Source: the human T2T-CHM13v2.0 reference genome, Homo sapiens. From it: a stretch of DNA of 64,000 bases. Below are positions 33,609 to 55,174 of the stretch, one piece after another. The stretch is taken from NCBI RefSeq assembly GCF_009914755.1, contig NC_060940.1; one strand, given 5' to 3'. The notes below the pieces were generated by a model. That model saw only the letters and a program-made list of their open reading frames with translations. It had not been told where the DNA came from and did no database searches. Every line of letters begins with the position of its first letter. Position 1 is the first letter of the stretch. A program made the translations under genes and the position numbers.

Positions 33609-34141
33609 GAAATATATGGACACAGGCCACATTATATACAAGCATTGCCATAATAAAAACAGCTCTCCCTTGGCCTCTGAGCATTTTACCCTTTTGATCC
33701 ATTCAGCTTCTTTAGAACAGATGGATATTCACCATAAGATGTAGTTTATGGACAAGAGTAATTTGGAAATGAAAAAGGAAGACAGTAAGGAGGCCTCCCC
33801 TTCAAGAGGGTTTCATGACAAGGCCCAGTTGAGTGGCCATGACTGGCCGGATCCTTTGGCCCTAACATATGGATCCCTCCAGGCTCTTTCAGTCTGCTAA
33901 CCTACAAGTTAATTAGTCCATTTCTAGGAAGAAAGTGTCCGTTGTCTCCTCTGCAGACTTTCCACTTCCTGACAGCACAGGAACCTAACAGCATGCCAAG
34001 TTCAGACTCCTTTTTCTTTGCACCTCACTACCACCGACAGGCTTTCAAACATACTATTCAGAACAGAGACACGGCGTTGGCCACCAGTCCCAGCTCCAGC
34101 AACACTAAAAGGCCTCCCTAAAGGAGCAGCAGGAGCGCAAC

Positions 34142-34416
34142 AGAGAAGAACAGGGTTGGACGTGGGGGCTGGGCACACCACCTTCACCAGAGTAAGAGAG
34201 AAGGAACGGGCTTGGACGCAGCAGGGCTGGGCACGCCACCTTCACGAGAGTAAGAGAGAAGGAACGGGCTTGGACGCAGCAGGGCTGGGCACGCCACCTT
34301 CACGAGAGTAAGAGAGAAGGAACGGGCTTGGACGCAGCAGGGCTGGGCACGCCACCTTCACGAGAGTAAGAGAGAAGCAACGGGCTTGGACGCGGGGACT
34401 GGGCACGCCACCTTCT
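34142..34416. repeat. Tandem repeat, 58-bp unit x~4.5 (accttcacgagagtaagagagaaggaacgggcttggacgcagcagggctgggcacgcc)
   Basis: accttc recurs at 34180, 34238, 34296, 34354 and 34410. Confidence 0.92.
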
Positions 34417-35609
34417 CCAGCCCCAGAGCCCCACTGTGGAGAGAAAAGGGGCTGCTCTCTGCCTCAGAATCCAAGAACTCCTGAGAAAACAGCTACATCG
34501 ACATCTGGTATTAACATTTGATTGTTTAACCACACTATAAGGGAGAAGGGGACATGGACACTGGCTTCTAAATACAGAAGTTTCCAGCTCCCAGCTGGTT
34601 ACTCTGAGAAGATGCCCCTAGTGTGTCACCTACAGAGAAGGGAGGATGCCCACCTACCCTGCCTGGCCTGCACCACCCACTAGAAATAAACAACAGGCCC
34701 CAAATGCAAACAGGACCAAGAGAAGGGCCATACGGCAGCAGCACCCCAGTGCCTCCAAGATGCCACTCACCCATGGTGCACCCTACACACACTCACCTCC
34801 TCAAGACACTATGGATTCTGTGTGTCTGGGGGTGAACTGCAATTTTTTTAATGTTTTCCAAGTAAATCTAATTTAAAAAAAAATCACTGATCTAGCCCTT
34901 CCTCACCCAAACTCCCAGTCATACAGTTGTCGAAATAATGACCATAAAGCAATTCTTCTCTAACTTGAGAATTCTCATACTCTTCTTCTCCACGCAAGTC
35001 GGAAAGACCTAGTCTGAGAAAGAAAGCCATAAAAATGAGAGAATCCAGCGAAGTCGCTGCAGCCAGGAGGAGCAGCACCGCGCAGTCCTGTGCCTCACCC
35101 CTGCCCAGGCCACCTGAGCCCCACCTGTCACAGTAAGGCTGCAGAAGCATGCGGCTGGTCAGCAGCTAATCAGCAGAAGGAAAGCTGGCCCGACAATCCA
35201 TGCCTATAAATTCCACAACAGATGTCTCCTGAGGTCCAAAATCTGCTCTTATTAAAGAGTGGCGTGTGGGATGGGCAGAGACTCACACAGCCACACCACA
35301 CACACAAGGTCTCAGGACTCTAGCCAAGGTCTTCTAGTTTGTAGTGGCCTCATGTTTGATGAGCATCTAATAACAAAGACAGGAAAGCACTGGATGGAGA
35401 CGCGGCGAGGACACTGGCTGTCTGGGGCAGCCTTGCCCTGAGGAAGTTATGCTCTAACTGGTGAGACTGCACCAAGGCACAAGAAAACCCACGACAAACT
35501 GAAGTGTCCATGCGGATGGCTAGGTGAAGCAGGGCGCAGGCCCAGGTGTGAACACTCAACTGCTGGGAGCCCAAGACCAACTGATACACCCACAGCCACC
35601 AGCTCTTCA

Positions 35610-36280
35610 TGAGAGGTGAAGCCAGCTGGGCTTCTGGGTCGGGTGGGGACTTGGAAAACTCTTCTGTCTAGCTAAAGGTCTGTAAATGCACCAATCAGCA
35701 CTCTGTACAAATGCATCAATCAGCGCTGTCTAGCTAAAGGTTTCTAAACTCACCAATCAGCACTCTGTAAAAACGCACCAATCAGCACTCTGTGTCTAGC
35801 TAAAGGTTTATAAACTAACCAATCAGCATTCTGTAAAAATGGACCAATCAGCACTCTGTAAAATGGCCCAATCAGCGCTCTGTAAATGGACCAATCAGCA
35901 GTACGTGGGCAGGGCCGAATAAGGGAATAAAAGCTGGCCACATGAGCCAGCAGCAGCAACCCACTGGGGTCCCCTTCCATGCTGTGGGAGCTGTGTTCTT
36001 TCACTCTTCACAATAAATCTTGCTGCTGCTCACTCTTTGGGTCTGTACTACCTTTATGAGCTGTAACCCTCAGCGCGAAGGTCTGCAGCTTCACTCCTGA
36101 AGTCAGCGAGACCACGAACCCACCAGAAGGAAAACACTCCAGACACATCTGAAAATCTGAAGGAACAAACTCCGGACACACCATCTTTAAGAACTGTGAC
36201 ACTCACCGCGAGGGTCCACAGCTTCATTCTTGAAGTCAGCGAGACCGAGAACCCACCGGAAGGAACCAATTCCAGACACA
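35610..36280 (+). mobile_element. Solo LTR12-family (ERV9) LTR
   Basis: TGAGAGGTGAAGCCAGCTGGGCTTCTGGG...GGAACCAATTCCAGACACA with TG..CA ends; 4-bp TSD ttca at 35606-35609 and 36281-36284; tandem CCAATCAGC repeats. Confidence 0.93.
35688..35935 (+). promoter_or_regulatory. LTR12 U3 CCAAT (NF-Y) array and AATAAAA TATA-like box
   Basis: Seven CCAATCAG motifs plus one variant; aataaaa at 35926-35932. Confidence 0.7.
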
Positions 36281-36383
36281 TTCACACGCAGACGTACTTT
36301 CGTTCTGTCCTGCTGGGAGTCCAAGACCAACTGACTGTCCACTCAAGGAACAGACCAACTGACGCACCCACAGCCACCAGCTC

Positions 36384-36429
<46 letters not shown>

Positions 36430-36723
36430 TTCGGTCTGTTCGCTCAAGGAACAGGAAGCCTTTTTCACTTCAACTTCTGCATTCAGTTCAATGTGCTGGT
36501 GCCGCCCATCACCTCTAAATCACCGCAAGTTTCAAGAACAGCCAGTTGTGTCCTGGAGCTGTGCTGAGCACGCCCACCAGCCCAGCAGGTGCTGCTGAGA
36601 GCAGAGGGTTTTGCAGGGTCACACATTCTTCCAACAATATGACTGCAGACCCCCCAGCAAAAGGAAAGATTCCCCATTTGGGAAAGTAGACTAAAATTTT
36701 CTTCTATTAAAACATGATAATTC

Positions 36724-37085
<362 letters not shown>

Positions 37086-38779
37086 CTAACAGCAAGTATT
37101 ATACAAGAGCCTCAAGCGACGTCTGCCTTGGGTGTTGGGACATAGCAAACAGGACGGCTGTTCCGCAAGAGCAGGACTGAAGCAGGCGGAAATGAAGACG
37201 CAGGGGCATCAGCCATCAGAGCTCTTCTTCCTGGAATAACTATTCCTCTAAGCTGCTCCTTCAGATACAAAATAAAAAGTAACTCTCAACACTGACAAGT
37301 CAACGGAGGACACGCGAAAAACCAAAAAACTTTTACTATATTTTTGTTTTAATAAAGTTATTCTAATCCCCTGAGGTAACTGTGAGGGAATTAATAACTA
37401 GAGAACTGTTAGAGACCCCTGAAGGTTGGACAATGGTATTGCCGAAGCTTTGTGTTTTGCTCTTCAATAAACTTATCTACTTTCTTAAGCTAACTGAATA
37501 AAATTTAATATACATTTATCAACCACATCTTTTAAAAAGAGAGAAAAGTAGGAAACTCAAAGTAGTTTCCTTTAAACAAAAGATGGTCAAAGTTGATGAA
37601 TTTAGAACATTTGTCCCCAATATCCTAAAAAGTGACATACGAGGAAGGAGATGTCACAGAAGAAAACGACAACACACACCCAAACGGCATCAGCCTGTGT
37701 GTGACCATTTTCACAACAGGGAAGGGAACGAAGCGAACAGATCCATCACTGAAAGCGCAGCACACACCTTCTAACCTGGAAATGGAGAAGGAACGTCCAC
37801 TTATGAAGAGGGCCAACAACAGTGGCCTCTCATTCCATGAACCAAGCATGATGCTAATATGCTAATATGACAGAGAATTTTTTAAAAAGCCACCAAAAAA
37901 ATACCAAAAAGTGAAAGACTGTATTGTTTGCCCCAACATCTGTTTTCTTCACTCTAATGTTCCCAAACCAGTGCAGCAAACAGGCTGGCTCTTCCCGCCT
38001 CCCACTGACTCCTCCACACCCCTACTTCCTCTCTCCTCATTCACCTCTTCTTCTTTCTGCTCTTCTGTGCCTCCCACTCTCTCACTGAGCAGCCCCTCAC
38101 TTCCCAGCATGCCACCATCTCCCCTGAGCAAACAGTCCTCCAGAGACAGTCCTCCAGAGCTCTCTCCAACCTGACATCTCTCCCAAGAGCCCACTCACCA
38201 GATGTCCAAGGGGTTTATGAAAGCCATGGATTCAAGGCTAGAGACGCTGTCCCTCAGACCAGCTCTCTCCGGCTCTTCCTGTCTGGTAGGGAGGCTGTGG
38301 TGCCCTGGCCACTCTCATTTCTCACTGGCCTCTGCACCTCCCATGCATCCGCTCCTCCGCCATGCCTCTCCACTACTCCTAATGCCACTCCCAGCTCCAG
38401 CAACCCACCCTCCAGGGCACCTCGACGCTATGCCCAGTTCAATCTCCTATGGGTCAGTGCAGGGCAATGCATAATGCAAACTAGGCCCGGGGGCTGTGGA
38501 GTTGGGCAGCCATGGTTAAAATCATTCTTAGTTTCCTCATCTGTAGAAAGAAAAATTCCTGGATACAAAATATAAGATGAATATACACAAGTCCATTGTA
38601 TTTCTAGACACCAACACCAGGCAGAGTCCACCATGAAGGCAAGTGGCAGTGTCCCAAGGAGAGCCCGCTGGCCAGGAGGGCACCGCAAGCTTGGACACAG
38701 CAGGGGCACTGGAGATGGGTCCACGAACCGCGTGCGCAGCCCAGGAGGCTGGCACAACTGGTGTCTGCATGAAGACTAG

Positions 38780-39612
<833 letters not shown>

Positions 39613-39948
39613 ATTTTAACCTTTCTCTTAAAAAAAACAAAACCAAAAAAAAAAAAGAACTGTATTCTTCCATTCATATAGAAGATAAACATCACAATGG
39701 GAAACTCCCTCTGTGTGGCACGTTGTTCAAATCCACATGCATGCACAGTCCCAGAGTCTTCTTTCCTACCCGCAGCACTGAAGGTTCAAGGAAGTCCCAC
39801 TGTTTTCAGTAAACTGAAAACTTTTTTGGAAAATGCTGTTTTCCAGTATAGACAACTGAATCCTAAGCACAAATATATAGGACCTCTGAATATGTAAAAA
39901 TTTAAAAGCAGACAACACTAAATTAATGATTTTACTTTTAAGGAGATA

Positions 39949-40044
39949 AAATGTTCCTTGACTTGCAATGGGGTTACCTCCCAATAAACCCAGTGTAAAG
40001 TCAAAAATCCTAAGTCGAACCATCATTAAGTCAGGGACTATCTG
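39949..40044. mobile_element. Miniature Tigger-family (MER47/Tigger5-like) DNA transposon
   Basis: atgttccttgactt...aagtcagggactatctg terminal inverted repeats with TA flanks. Confidence 0.65.
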
Positions 40045-40246
40045 TATACACTTTCAGTGCTAAAAACTACACCAAAGAAAAAACAAGTGTCAAAGTTCTC
40101 CATGTAAAACAGTGATCCAGGGATATGGGTGAGAAAACCCATCTAAAATGCAATGTGATATTTAGGATAAAGCTGAAACACACCACAGCGCCTCAGCAAT
40201 TGAGGCTGTGAATACAACCACACAATCAGCAAAGAAAAGCTTGTTC

Positions 40247-40368
40247 TATTCTTCATCTACACCACTCACACACAACACCAAAGGTGTTCTCAGCACACCT
40301 CCATCCACCTCAGATCTATTCTTCATCTACACCACTGACACACAACACCAAAGGTGTTCTCAACACAA
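40247..40368. repeat. ~71-bp tandem duplication
   Basis: tattcttcatctacaccact.acacacaacaccaaaggtgttctca appears twice. Confidence 0.85.
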
Positions 40369-40916
40369 CTCCGTCCCCCTCAGAACTCTGTGGAACGTTT
40401 TCATTCCCAATGATCACCAACAGAGCCAGCTGTAAGCTCAACTCTAACACTACCCACAGTGCAGCTGACCTAGACTGATGGGCGGCCTCCGGAGAAGTCA
40501 AAGACTCCAGCTCTACTGCACACACCCACAGCAGGAGAGGCCTGTGTCTCTCACAGGTGTGGGGTCTGAGCCGCAGCCCACTACCTTAACTCCATAATCT
40601 GTGACTTGGCTCTTATGAGGAAGCTGACAAAGAATCAGAGACTCAGAGGAGATCACAGCCTTTCAGGACTGAGGTCTAAAACACAGAACCTCTAGCCCAG
40701 TGCTCACCCGCAACCATTTCCCTGCCTCTTCCTACTTCTCCAGTCCTCAAGGGGACAATGGCAGGGTTCACAGGATTCTTCCTCCGGAAGAATTCAGTGT
40801 GCTGTAATTAGAAATGAACATTTTATCAATATGTTCACGTAAAATGTACATGTTCCCCTGGGGGGAGGGATAAATAACAGTGGAACTAGGAAAAGCAGAC
40901 CACCAGAAAATGTCTC

Positions 40917-42395
<1,479 letters not shown>

Positions 42396-43569
42396 TTAAA
42401 CATACCCTGCATAACTGAACAGTGTCCACAAGCAGGAATCTCTCTGGATGGCAAGGTGGCAGCCGACTATGGCACTCACCAAAAAGGCACCTTCCCCCAT
42501 CATCCATGCAAAGACCTTTCCCAAAGCCACCAGACCTCCGTTCAAACAACTCAAATCCGGTCTAGAAATTAAAAATCCTTGTACTGAAAGCAAAATCAGG
42601 GTTAGCTGTGACTAAGATCCAAGAAATAAACTTTTTAAAAAGTAATAAACATGAATTCATCAGTATGAAAAAGGTCTGTGCACAGTGAGCAGTTGGCACA
42701 CCGATGCAGTGCACCGAGGGCCAAGGCGAAGGCCGCAGGGGGAGGAGGCTCAGCAGAGGGAGGACACCCCAGCTGACAACGCACGCCCACTGGTGCCAGT
42801 GCTTTGGAGAACATGCCAGGTCATGTCTACGCTTTCCTCACTAAGGATTTAATTTCAGTATTCTACAATCTAACTCTACACTCTCAAAACATAATTAGAA
42901 ACAATGTTTTGAATGTGATGGAGGGATGCAGTAGAGCTTCTCTAGAAAATGCTTTTGAATCTGTCTCAGAAAACCACCTGTTTTGTAGAGACCAAGACTC
43001 TTCCTCCATTTTGGCTCAAGCTGGATCCTGAGTAAAAGACAATCCCACAAACGCCCCTTTATGCACAGCTTCCCCCACACGCTGTTTGTCTCTGTTTCTC
43101 TCTCTCTCAATACCCCTAGATTTTAGGTCAAAACAAACCTGTTTCCACCAGCTGGACAGTATCATTCAGGAACGGTTTTACGCATCAAAGACTCATTTCC
43201 AGATAAAGCTGAAGCTCCAGGGAGGAGGCCTGTGTCCCACAAAGGCCAGGTGCTGACACGGTTAGTCCTTTCCTCCCCACCACCCACCAGGAATGTTGCT
43301 GGAACCCAGACACGCACAGCAAGGTTCTGCTGTTTACCCTGCTCCCCGGTGGCAGGAAGGTGTGTGCCCTATTCTCACTCCAACCCCATCACGGCCTGGT
43401 GAGCCTCCGGCGCTCCTGCCCCTTACAGCACAAGCCGGCCACCACCTCCCACGGGCCCTGACACTGTCACTCAACACCTCACCACAGCACCCAGCCTCTG
43501 CCTCTTTCATTAGACATAAGCAAGGATTTTTCCTCTAGCCAGGAAGTTTTTCAAATGTGAAGTATTTCA

Positions 43570-43844
43570 TTTTTTTCTTCTTATTTTTTTGAAACAGAAT
43601 CTCGCTCTGTCATCCAGACTGGAGTGCAATGGTGCAATCTTGGCTCACTGCGACCTCTGCCTCCCAGGCCCAAGCAATTCTCCTGCCTCAGCCCCCGTGT
43701 AGCTCGGATTACAGGCATGCATCACCACGCCCAGCTAATTTTTATATTTTCAGTAGAGACAGGGTTTCACCCTGACCTCAAGTGATCTGCCCGCCCTGGC
43801 CTCCAAAGTGCTGGGATTACAGGTGTGAGCCACCTCACCCGGCC
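43570..43844 (-). mobile_element. AluS with internal deletion
   Basis: Exact 19-bp flanking repeat tcaaatgtgaagtatttca at 43551-43569 and 43845-43863. Confidence 0.92.
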
Positions 43845-43897
43845 TCAAATGTGAAGTATTTCAAATCGAACTTGTTCACAGTCAAGGCAAGCATGGC

Positions 43898-44005
43898 ATG
43901 CTTGCTTTGGCCAGCACATGTACTAAAAATTCGAACAACACAGAGACGATTACCATAGCCCCTGTGCAATGATGACATGCAAATTTGTGAAGCATTCCAT
44001 ACTTT
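43898..44005 (+). pseudogene. U6 snRNA retro-pseudogene (possibly RNU6-430P, unverified)
   Basis: atgcttgctttggccagcacatgtactaaaaattcgaacaacacagagacgattaccatagcccctgtgcaatgatgacatgcaaatttgtgaagcattccatacttt aligns end-to-end to U6; many CpG-type changes; A tail; no PSE/TATA seen. Confidence 0.93.
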
Positions 44006-45247
44006 AAAAAAAACACACACAGATTGGGACCTGCTCTGCAAGGCATCAGATGCCTTCCAGTCAGTAAGAGACAAGAGATACACAGGGTGCTCCCATTCCC
44101 ACAGCAAGCACCACCCTGCACCACTAGTATTAGCACCACCCACATGGAAGGGTGCCAGACACATACCTACTAGCTGCCTGCCACGCATGGAAAATTCTTT
44201 AGGCAATACCCTCCGCACCCAGAAGGCTACCAGACCTGTTAAGCCTTTTCAACCAGTTTTTGCAAGCAAGAGAAATGCAATTCTTAAGAGCGGGAACACC
44301 CCTTTATTACATGTAAAGATACACAAGCTGGATGAATTGAATAGGGGTGAACAGTGATGACCCATGACCAAGATGCATTAAGAAACAGATCTGCACAGGA
44401 AGGTGGAACAAGGCCCGTGAGTGCAGAGCAAGCCTGCTGGGAGGGCAGGGGCTTGTCTTGGAGGAAAGTGCCAACAAAGCCTGTGCCAACTACAGCTGCC
44501 GTGCCGGGCCGGCGTCAACACCGAAGGAGAGGTGTGCAGAGACAAAGCGGCCTGTCAGGCTGAACAGGGAGGCAGAAACTCCGCAGACCAAGAATACAGT
44601 TTCCATAGTACCCTGTAACTCACCAAGGCTGGGACAAAGGTTAATGAAAAGTTCAAATCTGAAATAAATAACAACTCACTTCGGTATTTTACAAAAAAGG
44701 TAGTTAAGTATTTTTTTTGTGTTCCTGCATAAAATACTAGTAAGACTCAAAACAGGTAGATACTGATATGCAAGTTTTAAAATCACAAGCAGAAGAAACA
44801 ACACTCTGTATGCCCTTCCAGGTGGAAATGCAGTCAGCAGAAAACTGTCTCCATGAGATAAATGCTCCTGCCCAAAGCCCACTCTAGCAATGCTTCCTCC
44901 CTGAACCACAACTCTGAACAGGCTGCCACTCACTGCAACTCCTTGCACATGACAGACTTGCTGGGAAGAGCAGGTGCGTACTAAACATTTTCTTTGGGCT
45001 CCAGAAAGCACTAACGGCCTACTTTTGCAACGGGGCGGTCGGGGGGGTGGAGTGGAGGGAGGGGGGTTGTGTAGGGTTTGCCATCAGCGTTACCCTGGAG
45101 CTAGTCCAGCCCTGGACTTCGATATCACCTGAAATCCAATCATCAAACTTTGCCCACTGTTTCTTCTCCAAAAGCAAGGAAAAGAAAAGCTATCATGAGC
45201 CCCTTCAGGGTCTAGCAGCATACAAGACTGCTTTTAGAAATTCTACT

Positions 45248-47210
<1,963 letters not shown>

Positions 47211-48264
47211 CCACAGACTCAATTCTGGCTGCCAGGCCATCAAGGGCTGTGAAGTGAAGCCCTGAGATCCTTGTGGCAGGACCCTGGACACACAATGACA
47301 GTGCCACCAGCCACAGCCATGCCCAGCAAGCAGCTTCCTGTCCAGTGAGCACCAAGGGGCCCTTCTCACACACAGCCTCCCACTCAAACCTCGAGCATCC
47401 GCTTCTCTCCTCCTCCACTCTGGGGCACAGAGGCTCTCGCCAGCCCCCACAGCTGCTTCTCCGCTTGTCACCCTGCCACACACCCTCTGTCCCTGCAGTT
47501 CCAGGGACAGCCGAGGTGTTCTCACTCTGCACCAAGTGCCTCACGGGCCAGGTCCTGCTTAAAGCCTGAATGAAGCAAAGCTTGGAAAGGACCCAACACA
47601 ACCTGCCACCAACTGAATGCCTGCCATCCCTCCCCACCCTACGAAGACACTGCATGAAAGCCACCGAGCACGTGACTGCATGACCCCCACACAAAGGGCA
47701 CGTCCATCGTTCCAACTACAAAGCTCCACGTCCAACACCAGTGGCCTCCTCACCCCCAATGCATATTTGCAACCCATTAGTACCAAAAGTTTAATCACTA
47801 TTGCTGCCCTGTCTCCTACTACCCCATTCCTTGCCCTCATTAAACTCCTAAAGACAGTGGTCCCTAGATGCCTCCCTCTCTTCCCTATCCAGCGACTTAT
47901 CACAAACACCCCAACACCCTTTCCTCTCCATCAGATATCACTGAACCTCAACAAAGGGGCCTGAGGTGCCAAAGAAACATCACATAGCACGATCTAGAGT
48001 GTAGCAACCACACAGCTAACACCCAAATCAGAGGGTCCTCATGATCCCATCCATGCACCCACATCCCGGCTGTCGTCCACAATCCTACGAATCAGAGGGT
48101 CCTCGTGATCCCCATCCGTGCACTCACACTCCCTGCTGTGGTCCACAATCCTACAAAAATGCTCCACTCTTGGCCTCGTACCCTAAGTGTCCACATTCCA
48201 CCTGTTCTCACTCCTCCTACACAGCCACCTTTGGCCCTAAGAACACTGCATCCGGACACGCAGG

Positions 48265-48806
<542 letters not shown>

Positions 48807-49649
48807 TAAGACTGATAGGTGATGTTTTTAGTTAGGGAGAATATATGTGCAAATTATTTCCATGTAATATAAAAAGAAAAAGTCTCAACTGTAAAATGAG
48901 CATAAACAGTCCAATGGTGAAACCTTTTCTCAAAAATCTGAATTGAAAGGACAAGTTATATTAGTGCTCAAGAAAAACTTCTCCCTGATCTGTCAGAATT
49001 CACACCATGAGTTCCAAATCACACGAAAGTACTCAAAGTCTTGGCCAAAGCAAACCTACTACAGCACCTAAACACAAATCTCCATTTTCTTTTTTCTTAA
49101 ATTAGCCTTACTACTATATTATTAAAACTCTCAAACCAAAAGTTGAAACTAAAAATTGAAGTATTTTATAAAGGACATAAGCACAAAAATACCTTCCAAA
49201 TAATCTTCAAATACGCCTAATTAAAAGCAGGCATTTAATTGCACAAATTTAATGAATTTAACATTTAAAAGTAAAGTTAAACTGCTTCTGAGGCCTTACA
49301 GTACCCTAAAATCATTTTCAAAGTCCAAGACGAGACGGTGCTGGACTAGCAGTCCTAGAAAAACCCTCACCAGCACCGCCCCGTCCACCGGAGCGCACGT
49401 GAGTCCCGGCATGCGGGCAGGGCAGGAGAGCTCTTTCTATCCCCACCCACCTCTGGCTCACTCCATGAGCACAAGCAAAGCAGTGCCCCGGACCTGGCAT
49501 CTGTTCATGTTTTACTTGCCCATATCACCATTGTATTTAGTTCTTGGTAGCAGCCATCAACCATCATAAAGCAGCTTCTTTTATTCTTTGCTACTTCAAA
49601 TCACACATGAAAAAGAAAATGCAAGAATAGAAACACAGAAATGGAAATG

Positions 49650-50421
<772 letters not shown>

Positions 50422-51249
50422 TCACATACTGGCAACAGAAAGCAGGTGACATGATCAAAGTCATAGACAGGCAGAGCCACACTGAAGAATGCAGTCCTGG
50501 CTACAGGTCCCAGCTCCTGCTTCACTGAGCACCCTGAGGGAGCCCTTCCTAAGCAAGGGGAGCCCTGCCTAAGCACTGGGGAGCACTTTATCTCACAACA
50601 GGAAAAGGCATTCTTTCCCCTCAGTTTCTCAGAGACCCAGTGACTTCAGGATTTGCAAACAATTGTGTTACTGAATGTGTCACACTCTGCTCCAGCTGCA
50701 GGGAAGAACCTGAGTGATGAGAGTACATGATTCTGACTCTGACCCTGACTTCCTCTTAACCTCCATACCCAAATCAAGACCTGCGCATGGAGCTGGCTCA
50801 GACCGGGGAGCCAGATGCTGTCTGAAAATATGCCATCAATTCTTTCTACTCACTTAAAATTCAAGTACCTAAGACATTCACCCCCCATTTTGTAAAAAAG
50901 CAAACAAAAACATAAGACTCAGAGACAGAATGTAAGAATACAACGAAGTATACCTGGCTGGAAGAACAGCTTTTACAGTGACAGCAACACCCTAATGGGC
51001 CCTCAAGACAAACTTGTGCCTCCCTCCGACGGTGTACAAGGAGTTAGGACTTTCCTGTGACCCTCAACAAATACTTGCAAGTATAAAGTTCGTTTTAACT
51101 TCTAGACCCGCTTTGTTTTAGTACTGATTGCAGAAGAGGGCTGACAATCCCAAGCTCTAAGCCTTTCTTGTGATTATCATTCCCAAATTCTCTTTCGCTA
51201 TGCATACATTCCTAAACTCCTACTTTCTCCAAATTCTCAAAACATTCTA

Positions 51250-53819
<2,570 letters not shown>

Positions 53820-55174
53820 TGACATTAAATTTTGTTTCAGTTGCTTACATCAACGTTTCAAAACCCAGAAATAAGAAAATTATTGTTCGAGGTCAATAAC
53901 CATGTTTATAACAACTTCCAACTTAAAATGGAAGAGGAATCCCTTGGAGAACACACATTTCCTTATGGAAGTTTCCTCAAAATTTCTAATAGGAATTTCA
54001 ACTAAGTTAAAGTACTAATTTAAGTAGGACAAGACAGAATTCTCTTCCTTCCCAGACACTATTACAAGCCAAACCACGTTTCACAGGAACACGTCCTGCC
54101 TGCTAAGGTGTCCCCTAGGACAAAGCTGCTTGCCAGCTGACCATCACTTGTATTGCATACTTTAAAAAGTGTGGCTAACAGAAAGGAGGCAAGACAGATG
54201 TTATTTAAATAAAAGCACAAAGCATCTGTTCAAGCACGAAAAAACATATGGGAAAATACAAGCACAGGACACTCAGGACAATGTGATGTGCTGAAGACAC
54301 AGCGGCAAACAAAAGAGACCGGATGCCACTGACCTGTCCAAGAAGAAGAACAGGAAGTATTACATGAAGGAGAACAGGAAGTAAAACATGACTGGAGACA
54401 GAACTTGTGAATTCGAGGCAGGACTCTGGAGCCAGCCTGCCCAGGGTCCAGTGCTGGCGTCCACTCCCAACTTCTAACTTCCCTGGGCAAGTGGCCCAAC
54501 TTCCTTGTGCCTCAACTGACTTATCTCTGCCACAAGGGGCAGAGGAGCACCCGCACCTCGGGAGTTCCCAAGACTGTCTGAGTGGACCTACATGGAGCAC
54601 ACAGAAGAGCACCCGGCAGGTAGTACGTGTTTCACAATAATCCTTCCACAATGCAAATGACATACACTCTAAACTCATCATGGGGGAGTGCTTCACAACA
54701 CCCCCTGGCACACCACAGCCAACACAACCACAGCCAACACAACGACAGCCGCGCCACAACCAAGAGAGCCTGAAGAGCTGCTCTCAGTCACTGCCCAGCA
54801 AGTGTGGGCAGCTGTAGCTTACAGACCAAGGCCACAGACCACAACTTCTGCAGGCTTGCCTGGGACACAGGGGCAGATAAGGAGAGCACCTGAGGCCTAC
54901 GCTGAGTCCCACAGCAAGGATCCGACCCACATGGGCACAGAAGACTTCTACTGCAGGTTGCAAATCTTACATCCTTGACCTAGTGGGTAAAAAAACCCTA
55001 AGAAAAGGCAACTTTCTAAAACAATCATACTACACTCATATAAGCAATTAATTTTTAATAAGCACTGCTCATATATTAATGCCAATTTTCTCCTTCACAA
55101 ATTATAACTCTGTCTTAAACCAAGCCACTATGAAAGCGGCTCTAGGCCAGACTCTCAGCAGCTACCACTGCTAC

